From the UHGV virus genome UHGV-0106597: a DNA stretch of 30,092 bases; one strand, given 5' to 3'. A model generated the notes under the pieces. The model searched no databases. It was not told the DNA's origin and was given only the letters and a program-made list of their open reading frames with translations. Shown in pieces: positions 9,062-18,095 of the stretch (positions are counted from its first letter, which is position 1; each line of letters begins with the position of its first letter). This stretch comes from a virus. Position numbers and translations under genes: made by a program.

Positions 9062-10191
9062 CTGTATGCGACTGGCATACTTCCAACCTGTGAAACAGAA
9101 AACCCCTGCCTCGATTTTCGCAACACATTTACGGCCCCTTTATTTGCTCCTGTATCTGCTGCACAAACGATAACTTCGAAATCGTCATACGGAAATGGTA
9201 TCGGGAATAAAATGTTGGTTTGGCTTGATGTCATAGCAAATCCCCGCTGTATTATTCTCCCCGACGGGTCTCTATTCCATCCTGTCCCAGATGTCCATTC
9301 TGACATACTAGGTATCTGATTTTCCCCTGTTCCCACATTCCGTTTTGCCGCTTCTCCCAAACCAAGGTATGCGAGAAGACCGGCAACATCCTTTCCGCTC
9401 AAATGAGTCAGCGTCTCATCCAGTGGCTGCTTACCTGACAGCGCATTGTTAATAGTGGTACTGAATTTCGGGTCATTGTTAATGGCTGCGGCAATTTCTT
9501 TCAGTGTATCCAGCGTGGCAGGCGCACCGTTAATCAGAGCGGTAATAGCGGCCTGTACAAACGCAGTGGTCGCAATCCGCGTGGTGTTATTTCCTGCGGC
9601 AGGCGTCGGCGCTTTTGGTTCTCCGGTAAATGTCGGATTATGTTTCTGCGCATACTGGGTATGAGGATCCTGTGCGGCAATGTGGTTTCTCATCTGGTCA
9701 TCCACATACAGCCTTAATTCCAGGACTTCATCATCCACGTATTTACGGGTCGCCAGTACCACTGACGGGTCGATTTTCAGCGTGATAGCTGCGGTATTCG
9801 TGACAACCAGAATCATGCGGATAGTCTGGGTACGACCACTGCCTTCCTGCAACTGCGGTTTGTACGTTTCCGGGCAGTTCGCCACCGCAATGAGTACGCC
9901 TTCATCATCATAAAGCCCAATCTCACGGATCCAGAATCCGCCCTCGTTCTCAGGGATGATTTGCTCCGCAATAATCTGGCTCTGGTTGTTCGGGTCAACA
10001 CTCAGAAGATTCAGCGGCGCGATGCGTTTCTGGTTAATCAGTTTTGTCTGTGCCGGGTCTGGTGTCGGCAAGACACCATTCGCATCACCAACGGCCATTT
10101 GCGTCAGATTCAGCTTACTGCCGAGCATCGTCGCGTTAGCCAGCCGTGCCGCGCCCTGATTAGTCAGAATGGCGTAGTATTTCACTGTCAT
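9046..10191 (-). CDS. H: Tail fibre protein H (constant N-terminal part fused to the currently selected variable C-terminus Sv)
   Basis: 381 aa; N-terminus similar to P2 gpH (..MAVGD..GGFW.RE.GLYDD.G.LIAVAN..E.YKP...EGSGR); crossover site lies at codons 273-281. Confidence 0.85.
   Translation of the reverse strand: MTVKYYAILTNQGAARLANATMLGSKLNLTQMAVGDANGVLPTPDPAQTKLINQKRIAPLNLLSVDPNNQSQIIAEQIIPENEGGFWIREIGLYDDEGVLIAVANCPETYKPQLQEGSGRTQTIRMILVVTNTAAITLKIDPSVVLATRKYVDDEVLELRLYVDDQMRNHIAAQDPHTQYAQKHNPTFTGEPKAPTPAAGNNTTRIATTAFVQAAITALINGAPATLDTLKEIAAAINNDPKFSTTINNALSGKQPLDETLTHLSGKDVAGLLAYLGLGEAAKRNVGTGENQIPSMSEWTSGTGWNRDPSGRIIQRGFAMTSSQTNILFPIPFPYDDFEVIVCAADTGANKGAVNVLRKSRQGFSVSQVGSMPVAYRWIAG
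9352..9377. other. Invertase crossover site inside H (core AA at 9364..9365 on plus strand)
   Basis: TTCTCCCAAACC AA GGTATGCGAGAA; encodes LAYLGLGE of H; half-site pattern TT.TC..AAACC resembles hix/gix half-sites. Confidence 0.7.
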
Positions 10192-10799
10192 GCGTTTACT
10201 CTCAGGTTATCAATTAAATGAATGGCCGAGGCCGGGAAATAATCCCCTCCGACAATAATGGCCTCCGGGGTGTAGGGATAAACCGTCAGGGCGTCGCCGT
10301 GATAGCATCCCGCACCGGCAAAAATGTTGCCGGTTGTACTTAAACTGATAGCCAGTCCCGTCAGATGGCGGCTTGCCGGTTTTGCATCAGCAACGAGGCG
10401 CTCCAGCTCCTGATACATTTCCTCGGTAATACCCTGCTCAAGCACGCCAACAACGATACGGAACGTCCCCGGCTCCTCATTGAGTTGCCACCACTCCCTC
10501 ACCTCAATCAGATAGCCGAGCGGCTCCACCACACGCCGGATTGCGCCTATAGTGCCCTTATGGCAGTGAATGAAATACGCATCGCGGATAACAGCGCGTT
10601 TTGTCGCTTCCGGCCATTTATCATCCCAGCGGTCAACCGAAAATGACCACGCCAGCCACGGCAGCAGATTTGCCGGGCAGGTGTCCGGGTTCCACAGCTC
10701 ACGAATACTGACCGGCGTTTTTTCAATTTCCGCACAGGCTTTTGCGGCGGCAACTTCAAGCGGCGATGAGCCGGTTGGCAGCAGGCGCGAATCACTCAT
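10188..10799 (-). CDS. I: Baseplate assembly protein I
   Basis: 203-aa product between J and H, P2 order. Confidence 0.8.
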   Translation of the reverse strand: MSDSRLLPTGSSPLEVAAAKACAEIEKTPVSIRELWNPDTCPANLLPWLAWSFSVDRWDDKWPEATKRAVIRDAYFIHCHKGTIGAIRRVVEPLGYLIEVREWWQLNEEPGTFRIVVGVLEQGITEEMYQELERLVADAKPASRHLTGLAISLSTTGNIFAGAGCYHGDALTVYPYTPEAIIVGGDYFPASAIHLIDNLRVNA

Positions 10800-11700
10800 C
10801 CGAGCCTCCGGTCACGACGCTGTATTCGGTGCAGAAAGACGCCTGCGTATTGTTAAGCACGATGTCGGCCAGCGGTGCAGCCAGTTCGACACGCTGCACG
10901 CCTTCCACATGCAAAGCGGCATAAATGGCAGACAGACGGATGTCGCGCCCCAGCCGGTGCTGTGCCGTGATGTACGCTTCCAGTTTTTTCACGGCAGCAG
11001 CGCGGATGGGTTCGCTTTCTGGACCAGGGTAAAGATACAGCGTGGCGTTTATCTGGTATTCAACAATGGCGGCAGACTGCACGGTCACACGGTCAGCCAC
11101 CGGCCTGACGTCCTCGCCATTAAGGGCGTTACGCACCACAGCCAGCAGGTCTTCGGATGCGACACCGTTATTTTCACGTGACAGCACGGAGATGGTGACG
11201 CAGGCCGGAGACGGACTGGTGACAGAGATATCCGCGACACGCCCGTCGGCACTGCGGCCATGATACTGATAGGCTCCCACCGACCCGGCGACGCTTAAGC
11301 CCTCAAACGCCTGCTGAATACGCAGACGATAATCGGTGTCAGACTCCATCACTGCCGGTGTCGGCGGGAGGGTCGAATCATCTGCCGGGGTGATAATCAG
11401 GCGCGTGGTGTTGTAATTGGCACCAATCACATCAAGGTCATTACCGGCGGCACAGGCCAGCATTACCGCCCGTGCGGCCTCATTCACACGCTGACGCCAG
11501 ATAAGCTCACGATAAGCATTTTCCTCCAGCAGTTTGACGAGAGGCTCGGATTCCAGCGTCAGGGTACGGGCAACCGCCTCCTGCTGGTCTTCCGGGTAAA
11601 GGGAAATCAGTGTCGCCTTGCGTTCGGCAAGAATGGTTTCAAAGTCCAGCTCCTCGACCACATCCGGTGCGGGTAGCTGGTTCAGGTCGATAATCGGCAT
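10792..11700 (-). CDS. J: Baseplate assembly protein J
   Basis: 302-aa product, P2 gpJ-like. Confidence 0.85.
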   Translation of the reverse strand: MPIIDLNQLPAPDVVEELDFETILAERKATLISLYPEDQQEAVARTLTLESEPLVKLLEENAYRELIWRQRVNEAARAVMLACAAGNDLDVIGANYNTTRLIITPADDSTLPPTPAVMESDTDYRLRIQQAFEGLSVAGSVGAYQYHGRSADGRVADISVTSPSPACVTISVLSRENNGVASEDLLAVVRNALNGEDVRPVADRVTVQSAAIVEYQINATLYLYPGPESEPIRAAAVKKLEAYITAQHRLGRDIRLSAIYAALHVEGVQRVELAAPLADIVLNNTQASFCTEYSVVTGGSDE

Positions 11701-11704
11701 GGTT

Positions 11705-12052
11705 TCAACTCACAGGGATGGTTAACGAAAGTGGCTGGCCGGTATCGTTGTGCTGGCCGGTTAACGTGACCGTCATTCGCCCGTCAAAACTGCGCTCAGT
11801 GGTGACGGATGACAGGGTGACGCGGGGTTCCCATTTCAGCACCGCCATGTAACAGGCGACCTTAATCTGCAACTCAAGCGCCGGGGTCTGCGGCTGGTCA
11901 ATCATTGACGCCAGCAATGAGCCGTAATCACGACGCATCACCCGTGAGCCGACCGGCGTGCGCAGGATATCGCCGATACTCTGGCTGATATGCTCAAGGT
12001 CAGTGACAGTCAGGCCATCACTGCGATTCATTCCAAGATAACGCGCTGTCAT
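11705..12052 (-). CDS. W: Baseplate assembly protein W (gp25-like)
   Basis: 115-aa product, position and size as P2 gpW. Confidence 0.85.
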   Translation of the reverse strand: MTARYLGMNRSDGLTVTDLEHISQSIGDILRTPVGSRVMRRDYGSLLASMIDQPQTPALELQIKVACYMAVLKWEPRVTLSSVTTERSFDGRMTVTLTGQHNDTGQPLSLTIPVS

Positions 12053-12684
12053 AGAGGACTCCCGGTTGTGCCGCCGCTGTCGCCGGGGTGTTTATGGGTA
12101 TGCAGTACCTTACCGTTTGATGAGAGTTCACCGCCGGTATGTTTAATGTTGCCGCGCATCGTCCCGCCCTTCTGCACTTCCAGCGTGCCGGTAATCAGTC
12201 TGTTGGTGCAGACCACCTCCGGGGTGTCCAGGGTGATGCGGGTTGACGCTTTCACCATGACCACCGGCACCGTGGCAGTAACAGAATCAGAAGCCGTCAC
12301 GCTGGCCGTTTTAATTCCGCTTACCGTGAGTGCACTGGTTTCGGGTTCATACTCAATCACCGCCCCGTCAGGGAAACGGATATGCAGGGCATCCGCCGAC
12401 GCAGACGGCGCGGGGTTATCGCCGGAATAAATCCCCGGCAGAACGAACGCCGTGTCGAGTTCACCGCCCACGGCCAGAATCAGCACCTGTTCCCCCACGG
12501 AAGGTGCCCACCATGTGCGCGAACGTCCGGCGCGATGGGTCAGCCACTGAAGCCAGTCGGTGCACATGCCGCCGGTCTGGACACGGCAGCGACCGGCGTT
12601 AAGGTCGGTTTCGACGATAATGCCGGTGCGGATCATGTTGCGCAGTGCGCGCGCGAGTTCCTGAATATTTGCGAGAGTGTTCAT
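12049..12684 (-). CDS. V: Baseplate spike/assembly protein V
   Basis: 211-aa product, P2 gpV-like. Confidence 0.85.
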   Translation of the reverse strand: MNTLANIQELARALRNMIRTGIIVETDLNAGRCRVQTGGMCTDWLQWLTHRAGRSRTWWAPSVGEQVLILAVGGELDTAFVLPGIYSGDNPAPSASADALHIRFPDGAVIEYEPETSALTVSGIKTASVTASDSVTATVPVVMVKASTRITLDTPEVVCTNRLITGTLEVQKGGTMRGNIKHTGGELSSNGKVLHTHKHPGDSGGTTGSPL

Positions 12685-12750
12685 AACGGGAAGGATGCCG
12701 CCGGGTCATACCGGCGGCAATGTGACGATGAGGTGTCGGGAATGGCACAA

Positions 12751-13203
12751 CTAACGGTCGAGGTGCGCCAGAATAATCTCTTCAATCATCTGCACATCCT
12801 CACCGGTAAAGCCGAGCAGGGGACGCGCCGGATAATCAATTTTCTTACCGTCTTTCCGGTTTTCTTCCGACAGACCGAACTGATGCACACTGGCGATTTT
12901 CGGTGACTTCCCGCCGTAAAACTCCATTGATGCCTGTTCCGGGCTGGCGCGGATATGCAAAAAACGACTGGTGATAAGTTTCGCAAACATTTTTCGCTTA
13001 ACACGACCAGTCTTTTTTCTGGCGCTCTGCTGCTGGCGTGGCGCGTAGGGTGTGCCGTCCGGGGCTTTCTGAGCCATCACCCGACGCTGCTGACTCTGCC
13101 GCAGACGTTTCGCCAGTTCGGCACTCAGTCGCCGACGCCCTGACGGTGACAGCGATTCAATCAGTCCGGTCAGCCGGTCTTCAAAACGCTTAAACTCATT
13201 CAT
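12751..13203 (-). CDS. S: Tail completion protein S
   Basis: 150-aa product, P2 order R-S-V. Confidence 0.8.
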   Translation of the reverse strand: MNEFKRFEDRLTGLIESLSPSGRRRLSAELAKRLRQSQQRRVMAQKAPDGTPYAPRQQQSARKKTGRVKRKMFAKLITSRFLHIRASPEQASMEFYGGKSPKIASVHQFGLSEENRKDGKKIDYPARPLLGFTGEDVQMIEEIILAHLDR

Positions 13204-13663
13204 CCCACTTGCTCACCAGTTCGCCATTGATATAAAGCTCCACCGGGCGGGTGACCGGCTCCGGCGGCGGGGGTTCCGGGATATTCTTCACATGCAGTGC
13301 GCCGTCCACCTCACTGACCAGCGTTCGCTCGGTCAGCATCAGGCTGATGCTGATATCAAAGCTGCTGTCATTGTTGATGTCTGCATAAAACGTGAAGCCC
13401 TTTTTCTGGCCTTCGTCGGTGGTCATGATGTCGGGCTGATTTTCCCGCAGCCACGCCAGCACCGGCACGATGAGCAGGTCAAAATCACCGGTAAAGTCGG
13501 TCACAATGACATTGAGCGTGTAACGCTTTTCGAATGACAGCGACGTCGCCAGTGTGGAGGCAATACTCCCGTTATCCACGAATATCCGCAGCATATCGGG
13601 GTTAGTTTTCAGTACCGTGACGGCATCAGTCAGCGCCCTGCGCAGGCTGTCGGGTTTGAGCAT
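13196..13663 (-). CDS. R: Tail completion protein R
   Basis: 155-aa product. Confidence 0.8.
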   Translation of the reverse strand: MLKPDSLRRALTDAVTVLKTNPDMLRIFVDNGSIASTLATSLSFEKRYTLNVIVTDFTGDFDLLIVPVLAWLRENQPDIMTTDEGQKKGFTFYADINNDSSFDISISLMLTERTLVSEVDGALHVKNIPEPPPPEPVTRPVELYINGELVSKWDE

Positions 13664-13916
13664 CGTTTTCGTCCTGACAGTGTTTAATCATTTTTACCTG
13701 GCTGGCACAGCGCGCCAGCGCGTTCTCAAGCTGCCGGATATCGGCACTTAAATCGCCGTTCGTCTGCGGGTCACTGCCCGGCATCGGGCAAAGGCTCACT
13801 TTCGGGCAGGCGTTGTGGACAATCACTGGCGTCGGTGCAGGCGGGGCGCTGGTGCAACCGGCGCACAGCATCAGGCAGGTCATCGCCGTACCAGCGGCGA
13901 AAATCTTCGTTTTCAT
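13626..13916 (-). CDS. lysC: LysC, Rz1-like outer-membrane lipoprotein spanin, out of frame across the lysB 3' region and the R start
   Basis: MKTKIFAAGTAMTCLMLCAGC lipobox signal followed by proline-rich segment; ATG at 13916..13914. Confidence 0.7.
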   Translation of the reverse strand: MKTKIFAAGTAMTCLMLCAGCTSAPPAPTPVIVHNACPKVSLCPMPGSDPQTNGDLSADIRQLENALARCASQVKMIKHCQDENDAQTRQPAQGAD

Positions 13917-14196
13917 TGAGTAACCTCGTGATGGTTTTCTCGCGCTGTGCTTCACGCTTCGCGGCGTTCTCCAGTTCCTGACGCAGTGCCACCTGCGCCA
14001 GCTCGTTTTTGTCTGCCCTGGTGATGGCAACATGAAGCTGATTTTTCAGCATGGTGATGGTCGTCTGCTGTTCACTGGCGACGTTATTCGCCCTGTCCAG
14101 CGAGGCGCGCAGGCTGGCATTTTTGTGTTTCACCAGAAACAGACCGGCCACCGCCAGCGATAACAACACGACCAGCACAATCATCAGCTTTGACAT
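13771..14196 (-). CDS. lysB: LysB, Rz-like inner-membrane spanin
   Basis: 141 aa, N-terminal transmembrane helix then coiled-coil region. Confidence 0.8.
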   Translation of the reverse strand: MSKLMIVLVVLLSLAVAGLFLVKHKNASLRASLDRANNVASEQQTTITMLKNQLHVAITRADKNELAQVALRQELENAAKREAQREKTITRLLNENEDFRRWYGDDLPDAVRRLHQRPACTDASDCPQRLPESEPLPDAGQ

Positions 14197-14609
14197 AATT
14201 CCCGCCCCTCAAGACGCTGACGACAGGCTTTACGTATCAGCCGGAAAAACAGCGACGCCACAAGATAAATCAGCGCGGTAAAAATCCATCCGGCGGCGAC
14301 CAGCGAGATAAATGTCGCCACCATCGCCACCAGAGCCACTGCCCGTCTGCACCACGGCACCGGCTGCAAAAACAGCGACGTGACAATCTTCACGGCCAGC
14401 GATTCCGGTGGCAGCTCCCGCCCGTAGCGTTCCAGCACATACTCAGTGGCATACACGCCGACACCACCGGCAACCACACAGATAACCGTCGCCAGAATCG
14501 CCCAGGCGGCGACAAAATTGACGGCCACGCTCTGCGGGTAAATCAGGGACAGTGCCAGCATCAGCGCCAGCGACACATTCAGCATCAGTGAAAGGGATAA
14601 TTTCTTCAT
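14184..14609 (-). CDS. lysA: LysA, membrane protein of the lysis cassette
   Basis: 141 aa with several hydrophobic helices, between K and lysB. Confidence 0.75.
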   Translation of the reverse strand: MKKLSLSLMLNVSLALMLALSLIYPQSVAVNFVAAWAILATVICVVAGGVGVYATEYVLERYGRELPPESLAVKIVTSLFLQPVPWCRRAVALVAMVATFISLVAAGWIFTALIYLVASLFFRLIRKACRQRLEGRELCQS

Positions 14610-14623
14610 GGTGTTTACTCCGT

Positions 14624-15121
14624 TTAAGCTGGTACACCGCCGGCGGTACGCCAGACGGTGACCAGTTTTTCCAGTGAATGCTCACGCTGACCGTAACCGG
14701 CACCCGGCAGGGACGCCCAGATATTGCGACAGCGTGAAATGGCGCGCTCAATGCGTCCCGCCCGGATGTCATCCAGTGCACCGCGTTCGCGGATCAACTG
14801 AATGGCGAGCCTGTCCTGTGACAACGGACTGAAATCCGGCAGGGCAAGCTGTTTGCGGTAGTGCGGCCAGAACAGGTAAAGCTGCTGATAGCGACCGGAG
14901 GCCGTGGATTTTTCACCGCGACGGTTAAACACCTTCGCCGGTCGGCCATGCGCGAACGGGTGGTCACTGTAGTCAGTGAAAATTTCCGGCTTCCCGTCCA
15001 GTCCGGTGACTATCACGTCATAGCCCCGGTTTTTCGTCAGCGGATGATTCGCCGTCCCTTCGGACACGGCCAGCATGTCGAGAAAGGCGGCGATATTCTG
15101 ATGCGTGTTAATTACCGGCAT
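14624..15121 (-). CDS. K: Endolysin K (lysozyme)
   Basis: 165-aa product, P2 gpK-like, directly after holin. Confidence 0.85.
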   Translation of the reverse strand: MPVINTHQNIAAFLDMLAVSEGTANHPLTKNRGYDVIVTGLDGKPEIFTDYSDHPFAHGRPAKVFNRRGEKSTASGRYQQLYLFWPHYRKQLALPDFSPLSQDRLAIQLIRERGALDDIRAGRIERAISRCRNIWASLPGAGYGQREHSLEKLVTVWRTAGGVPA

Positions 15122-15402
15122 TACGGTTTCCCCCTGCCCTTAAAGCGGCGCTGAATGGCAATCTCAATCACCTGATAACCGGCGATACCCAGCATGGAGC
15201 CGATGCCGCACACCGCAGGCAGTGACAGGTCAGGAAACTGCACCAGAACAACACCGGCAACCATCGAGACAAAACCACCGAGCAACATGCGCCCGATAAA
15301 CAGACGCGGGGTGATGGGTTCACCACCGGCAAGCACCTTGCCGACAACAATCAGCACCCCAATCATGAAAAGCGACAGGACGCTTTTTTCTTCTGCTGTC
15401 AT
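15121..15402 (-). CDS. Y: Holin Y
   Basis: 93-aa product with transmembrane segments and charged C-terminus. Confidence 0.85.
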   Translation of the reverse strand: MTAEEKSVLSLFMIGVLIVVGKVLAGGEPITPRLFIGRMLLGGFVSMVAGVVLVQFPDLSLPAVCGIGSMLGIAGYQVIEIAIQRRFKGRGKP

Positions 15403-15405
15403 GCG

Positions 15406-15609
15406 TTACTCCCACAGATTGACAGTTTCAGCCACGGGCGCGGTCTGAACATCGGGCAGTTCGACGGCGGTGCCGTGTGGCAGCACCACACCCAGTTCAG
15501 CCAGTCCCGGATTTGCGGCGAGCACGGTCTCAACCACGCCCTCAGTGCGCCCGTAATACCGGACACAAATGGCGTCGAGCGTGTCGCCCTGTAGCGCAAA
15601 GGTCTTCAT
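15406..15609 (-). CDS. X: Tail protein X (67 aa)
   Basis: MKTFALQGDTLDAICVRYYGRTEG...; ATG at 15609..15607 chosen over the longer track ORF. Confidence 0.8.
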   Translation of the reverse strand: MKTFALQGDTLDAICVRYYGRTEGVVETVLAANPGLAELGVVLPHGTAVELPDVQTAPVAETVNLWE

Positions 15610-16118
15610 CAGATTTGACTCACGATGCAGCGCGGCTTGTCCTGGATACGCGCCACCGCCCAGCGCATATCCCGCCACAGTTCATCGATGGTGCTGTCAA
15701 TGCTGTCAGCCTTCTTGTCGCCTTTCGCACTGGCATCCACGCCGCGGTAACGCTCATAAAGCGACGCGGTCGCCATCGCACACACGGCGCGCTCGTAGTA
15801 AAAAACCTTGATGCTTTCACCGTCGATGTCGTCCGCCGGGACGTCCGCCAGACGCGTAAAACCGGCGGCAATTTTCTGTTCGCGGTACTCGTACAGCTCC
15901 GCATTCGTCTCCGCCATGCCTGACTTGATGGCCTCACGCAGACGGGCGGGGGCGACGGTCTGCTCAAGGCGCATACGTTCCCGGACGCGCTTCGGGTCGA
16001 TATCGGGAAAAAAGAACGTGTTTTTAATCACCGGCTCGTCGCCTGCCGGTTGCGGGATGACCACCGTACCCTCACCGGACACGGGAGCCTCCTTTCGCGG
16101 AATAATCAGCGTCATCAT
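15609..16118 (-). CDS. L: Capsid completion protein L
   Basis: Product starting MMTLIIPRKEAPVSGEG..; ATG at 16118 chosen. Confidence 0.8.
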   Translation of the reverse strand: MMTLIIPRKEAPVSGEGTVVIPQPAGDEPVIKNTFFFPDIDPKRVRERMRLEQTVAPARLREAIKSGMAETNAELYEYREQKIAAGFTRLADVPADDIDGESIKVFYYERAVCAMATASLYERYRGVDASAKGDKKADSIDSTIDELWRDMRWAVARIQDKPRCIVSQI

Positions 16119-16217
16119 GACTACCTCTGAAAAGTCGGGCGGTGGACGCCGGTGCAGTGTCAGGTGATTCACCCTCACTGACCGGCGTGCCGCCCTGGCG
16201 CGGGGCGCATTCGGTTG

Positions 16218-16961
16218 TTAACTGGCTTTCTTTTTCGGGCGTCCACGTTTTGCCGGTGTCACGCTCCGGGTCTTACGCGGGGTACGGGTGGCCGCTTTTG
16301 GCTGCGGCTCCAGCTTCGGTTTCAGCTCCCGCTCCAGTCGTTCAATCTCTTTTTTGACGCCTGCCTGACAGTCGAGCTGTGTCGCACGTTGCAGGTGAGC
16401 CAGCGCACCGGCGGCATCACCAGCGTCACGCAGAAACAGACCGGTGATTTTGTGCAGCTTTGCGCGCACTTCATCAGGCATGTCAGCCGTGGCGGTCAGT
16501 TCAAGGGTGTCCGTCAGCAGGCGGGTATCCACAGACTCACCGGCAGCGTGGGCACGCATGGCCGCGAGTGCCACCTCCTCGGTGAACATGTACGGCGGGG
16601 TGCGGCGGTGTTTCCCCGGCATGGTCAGACCGTACTTCAGGGCATAACGGGCAATCTCCAGCGCACCGGCAATATCGCCGGTATCCAGACGCCACAGCAT
16701 GACCGTCATCAGAATGTCATCCTGTGCACCTTTGCCCTGCTCCAGCACGCCGTTCACCCACGGCAACCAGAACGGCAGCAGTTCGCGTTTTTTCGCGGCC
16801 TTCAGCTCTTTTGAATAAATCGCTTTCAGTGTGCGCTGGTCTGCGGCCAGCTTGACCAGCATCTGCTCATAGACAGTTGCATGTCGCAGCGGGGCGGCTT
16901 CCCGCTGCGCGGTCATCGCTGCCGAGACCCGCATCATGTGGCGCTGTGCGGGACTCGTCAT
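16218..16961 (-). CDS. M: Terminase endonuclease (small) subunit M
   Basis: 247-aa product with basic C-terminal tail, P2 gpM-like. Confidence 0.85.
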   Translation of the reverse strand: MTSPAQRHMMRVSAAMTAQREAAPLRHATVYEQMLVKLAADQRTLKAIYSKELKAAKKRELLPFWLPWVNGVLEQGKGAQDDILMTVMLWRLDTGDIAGALEIARYALKYGLTMPGKHRRTPPYMFTEEVALAAMRAHAAGESVDTRLLTDTLELTATADMPDEVRAKLHKITGLFLRDAGDAAGALAHLQRATQLDCQAGVKKEIERLERELKPKLEPQPKAATRTPRKTRSVTPAKRGRPKKKAS

Positions 16962-16964
16962 CGG

Positions 16965-18038
16965 TTACGCTCCCGGCTCTGCGGTCGCCTTAGCCGGTGT
17001 GGAGAAATCACCGACCTTAATTTTTTCCACCAGGCAACCGGCGGCGTAGTCTTCCACCACGTAATCAATGTTCATTGACTCGTAGTTCTCCACGCGGTCG
17101 AGTTTCGGGTTTTCCTCAATCACGCGGCGATGGCTGTCATCCATGTAGTAGATGGACAGGTTTTCCAGCTTCGTGATGAGCATCGCATCCGCCGGGAAGT
17201 ACGGGACGCGTACCGCTGGCAGGTTGCCGATGCGTTTCTGGCTGATGATGACGTCAGCGGCCAGCATTTCGCTGTTGTCCTGCTCCTTGTTGACGATGGG
17301 GAAATACTTGTCCGCCAGTAGCTGACGCCCCACAATCACCACAAGGTCAGGGTCTTCCTGATACCACGGCTCAATCAGGTTGTTGGTCGCATCCATCACC
17401 AGTGCGTCAAGGCTGGCATAATCACCGCCCTTACCCACGCGGATGACCTCAGAGGTCGTGTGCCCTTCCTCGTCAGTGACCTTGCTCATCACGCGCGCCG
17501 GGGCTTCATTGCGGTATTTCTGCAGCCAGCCGACCGCCACATCCTGCAACATCGGATTACTGCTGCGGTCAGAGGTTTCGGCACGCCTCACGCCGTTAAA
17601 ACCGGCCATGATGAAATCAAGGGACTGGCGTTTGATAATGGCGTTACGGACACGGAGCTGGAAATCCTGATAACGCGCCCACAGGTCAAGCGTTTTGTAG
17701 CGGATATAAAAATCGAAGTTAATCTGGTCGCATTCGTACTTGTTTGACGCCAGCTTCGAGAAGTCCTTCGGCTGACGCTCGGTGCCACCGGCGGTGTCGC
17801 TGGTGCTGGCGATGGAGCCGGTGACACCAATACCAATTTTTTCCCCTTTCATTTCGCTGACCGGCACAATGTTGATGCGGGTCAGAAAGTCAGAGGACTC
17901 CTGCATGGTGTTCATCAGGGTCTGGGTGACCGACGGTTCAACGGTGAATTTTTTCGACACATCACCGGCGTCGATGCCGTTCAGTTCGGCAACACGGGAC
18001 AGGTAGGCATTAAATTTAAAGCGGGTTTCCTGGCGCAT
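16965..18038 (-). CDS. N: Major capsid protein N
   Basis: 357-aa product, P2 gpN-like. Confidence 0.9.
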   Translation of the reverse strand: MRQETRFKFNAYLSRVAELNGIDAGDVSKKFTVEPSVTQTLMNTMQESSDFLTRINIVPVSEMKGEKIGIGVTGSIASTSDTAGGTERQPKDFSKLASNKYECDQINFDFYIRYKTLDLWARYQDFQLRVRNAIIKRQSLDFIMAGFNGVRRAETSDRSSNPMLQDVAVGWLQKYRNEAPARVMSKVTDEEGHTTSEVIRVGKGGDYASLDALVMDATNNLIEPWYQEDPDLVVIVGRQLLADKYFPIVNKEQDNSEMLAADVIISQKRIGNLPAVRVPYFPADAMLITKLENLSIYYMDDSHRRVIEENPKLDRVENYESMNIDYVVEDYAAGCLVEKIKVGDFSTPAKATAEPGA

Positions 18039-18095
18039 AGTTTTTCCTGAAATTAAGGGTTAATCGTGAAGGTTTTCCCGGATGACTGATGCCGG

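Larger units (their letters stand above)
7520..9363. other. Invertible tail fibre host-range segment (about 1.84 kb), present in the orientation that expresses the Sv/U pair
   Basis: Bounded by the two inverted crossover sites; contains two convergent fibre C-terminus plus chaperone pairs. Confidence 0.7.

Noticed and set aside
16215-16814. 199-aa plus-strand ORF inside gene M
   Set aside because: Antisense shadow ORF in GC-rich coding sequence.
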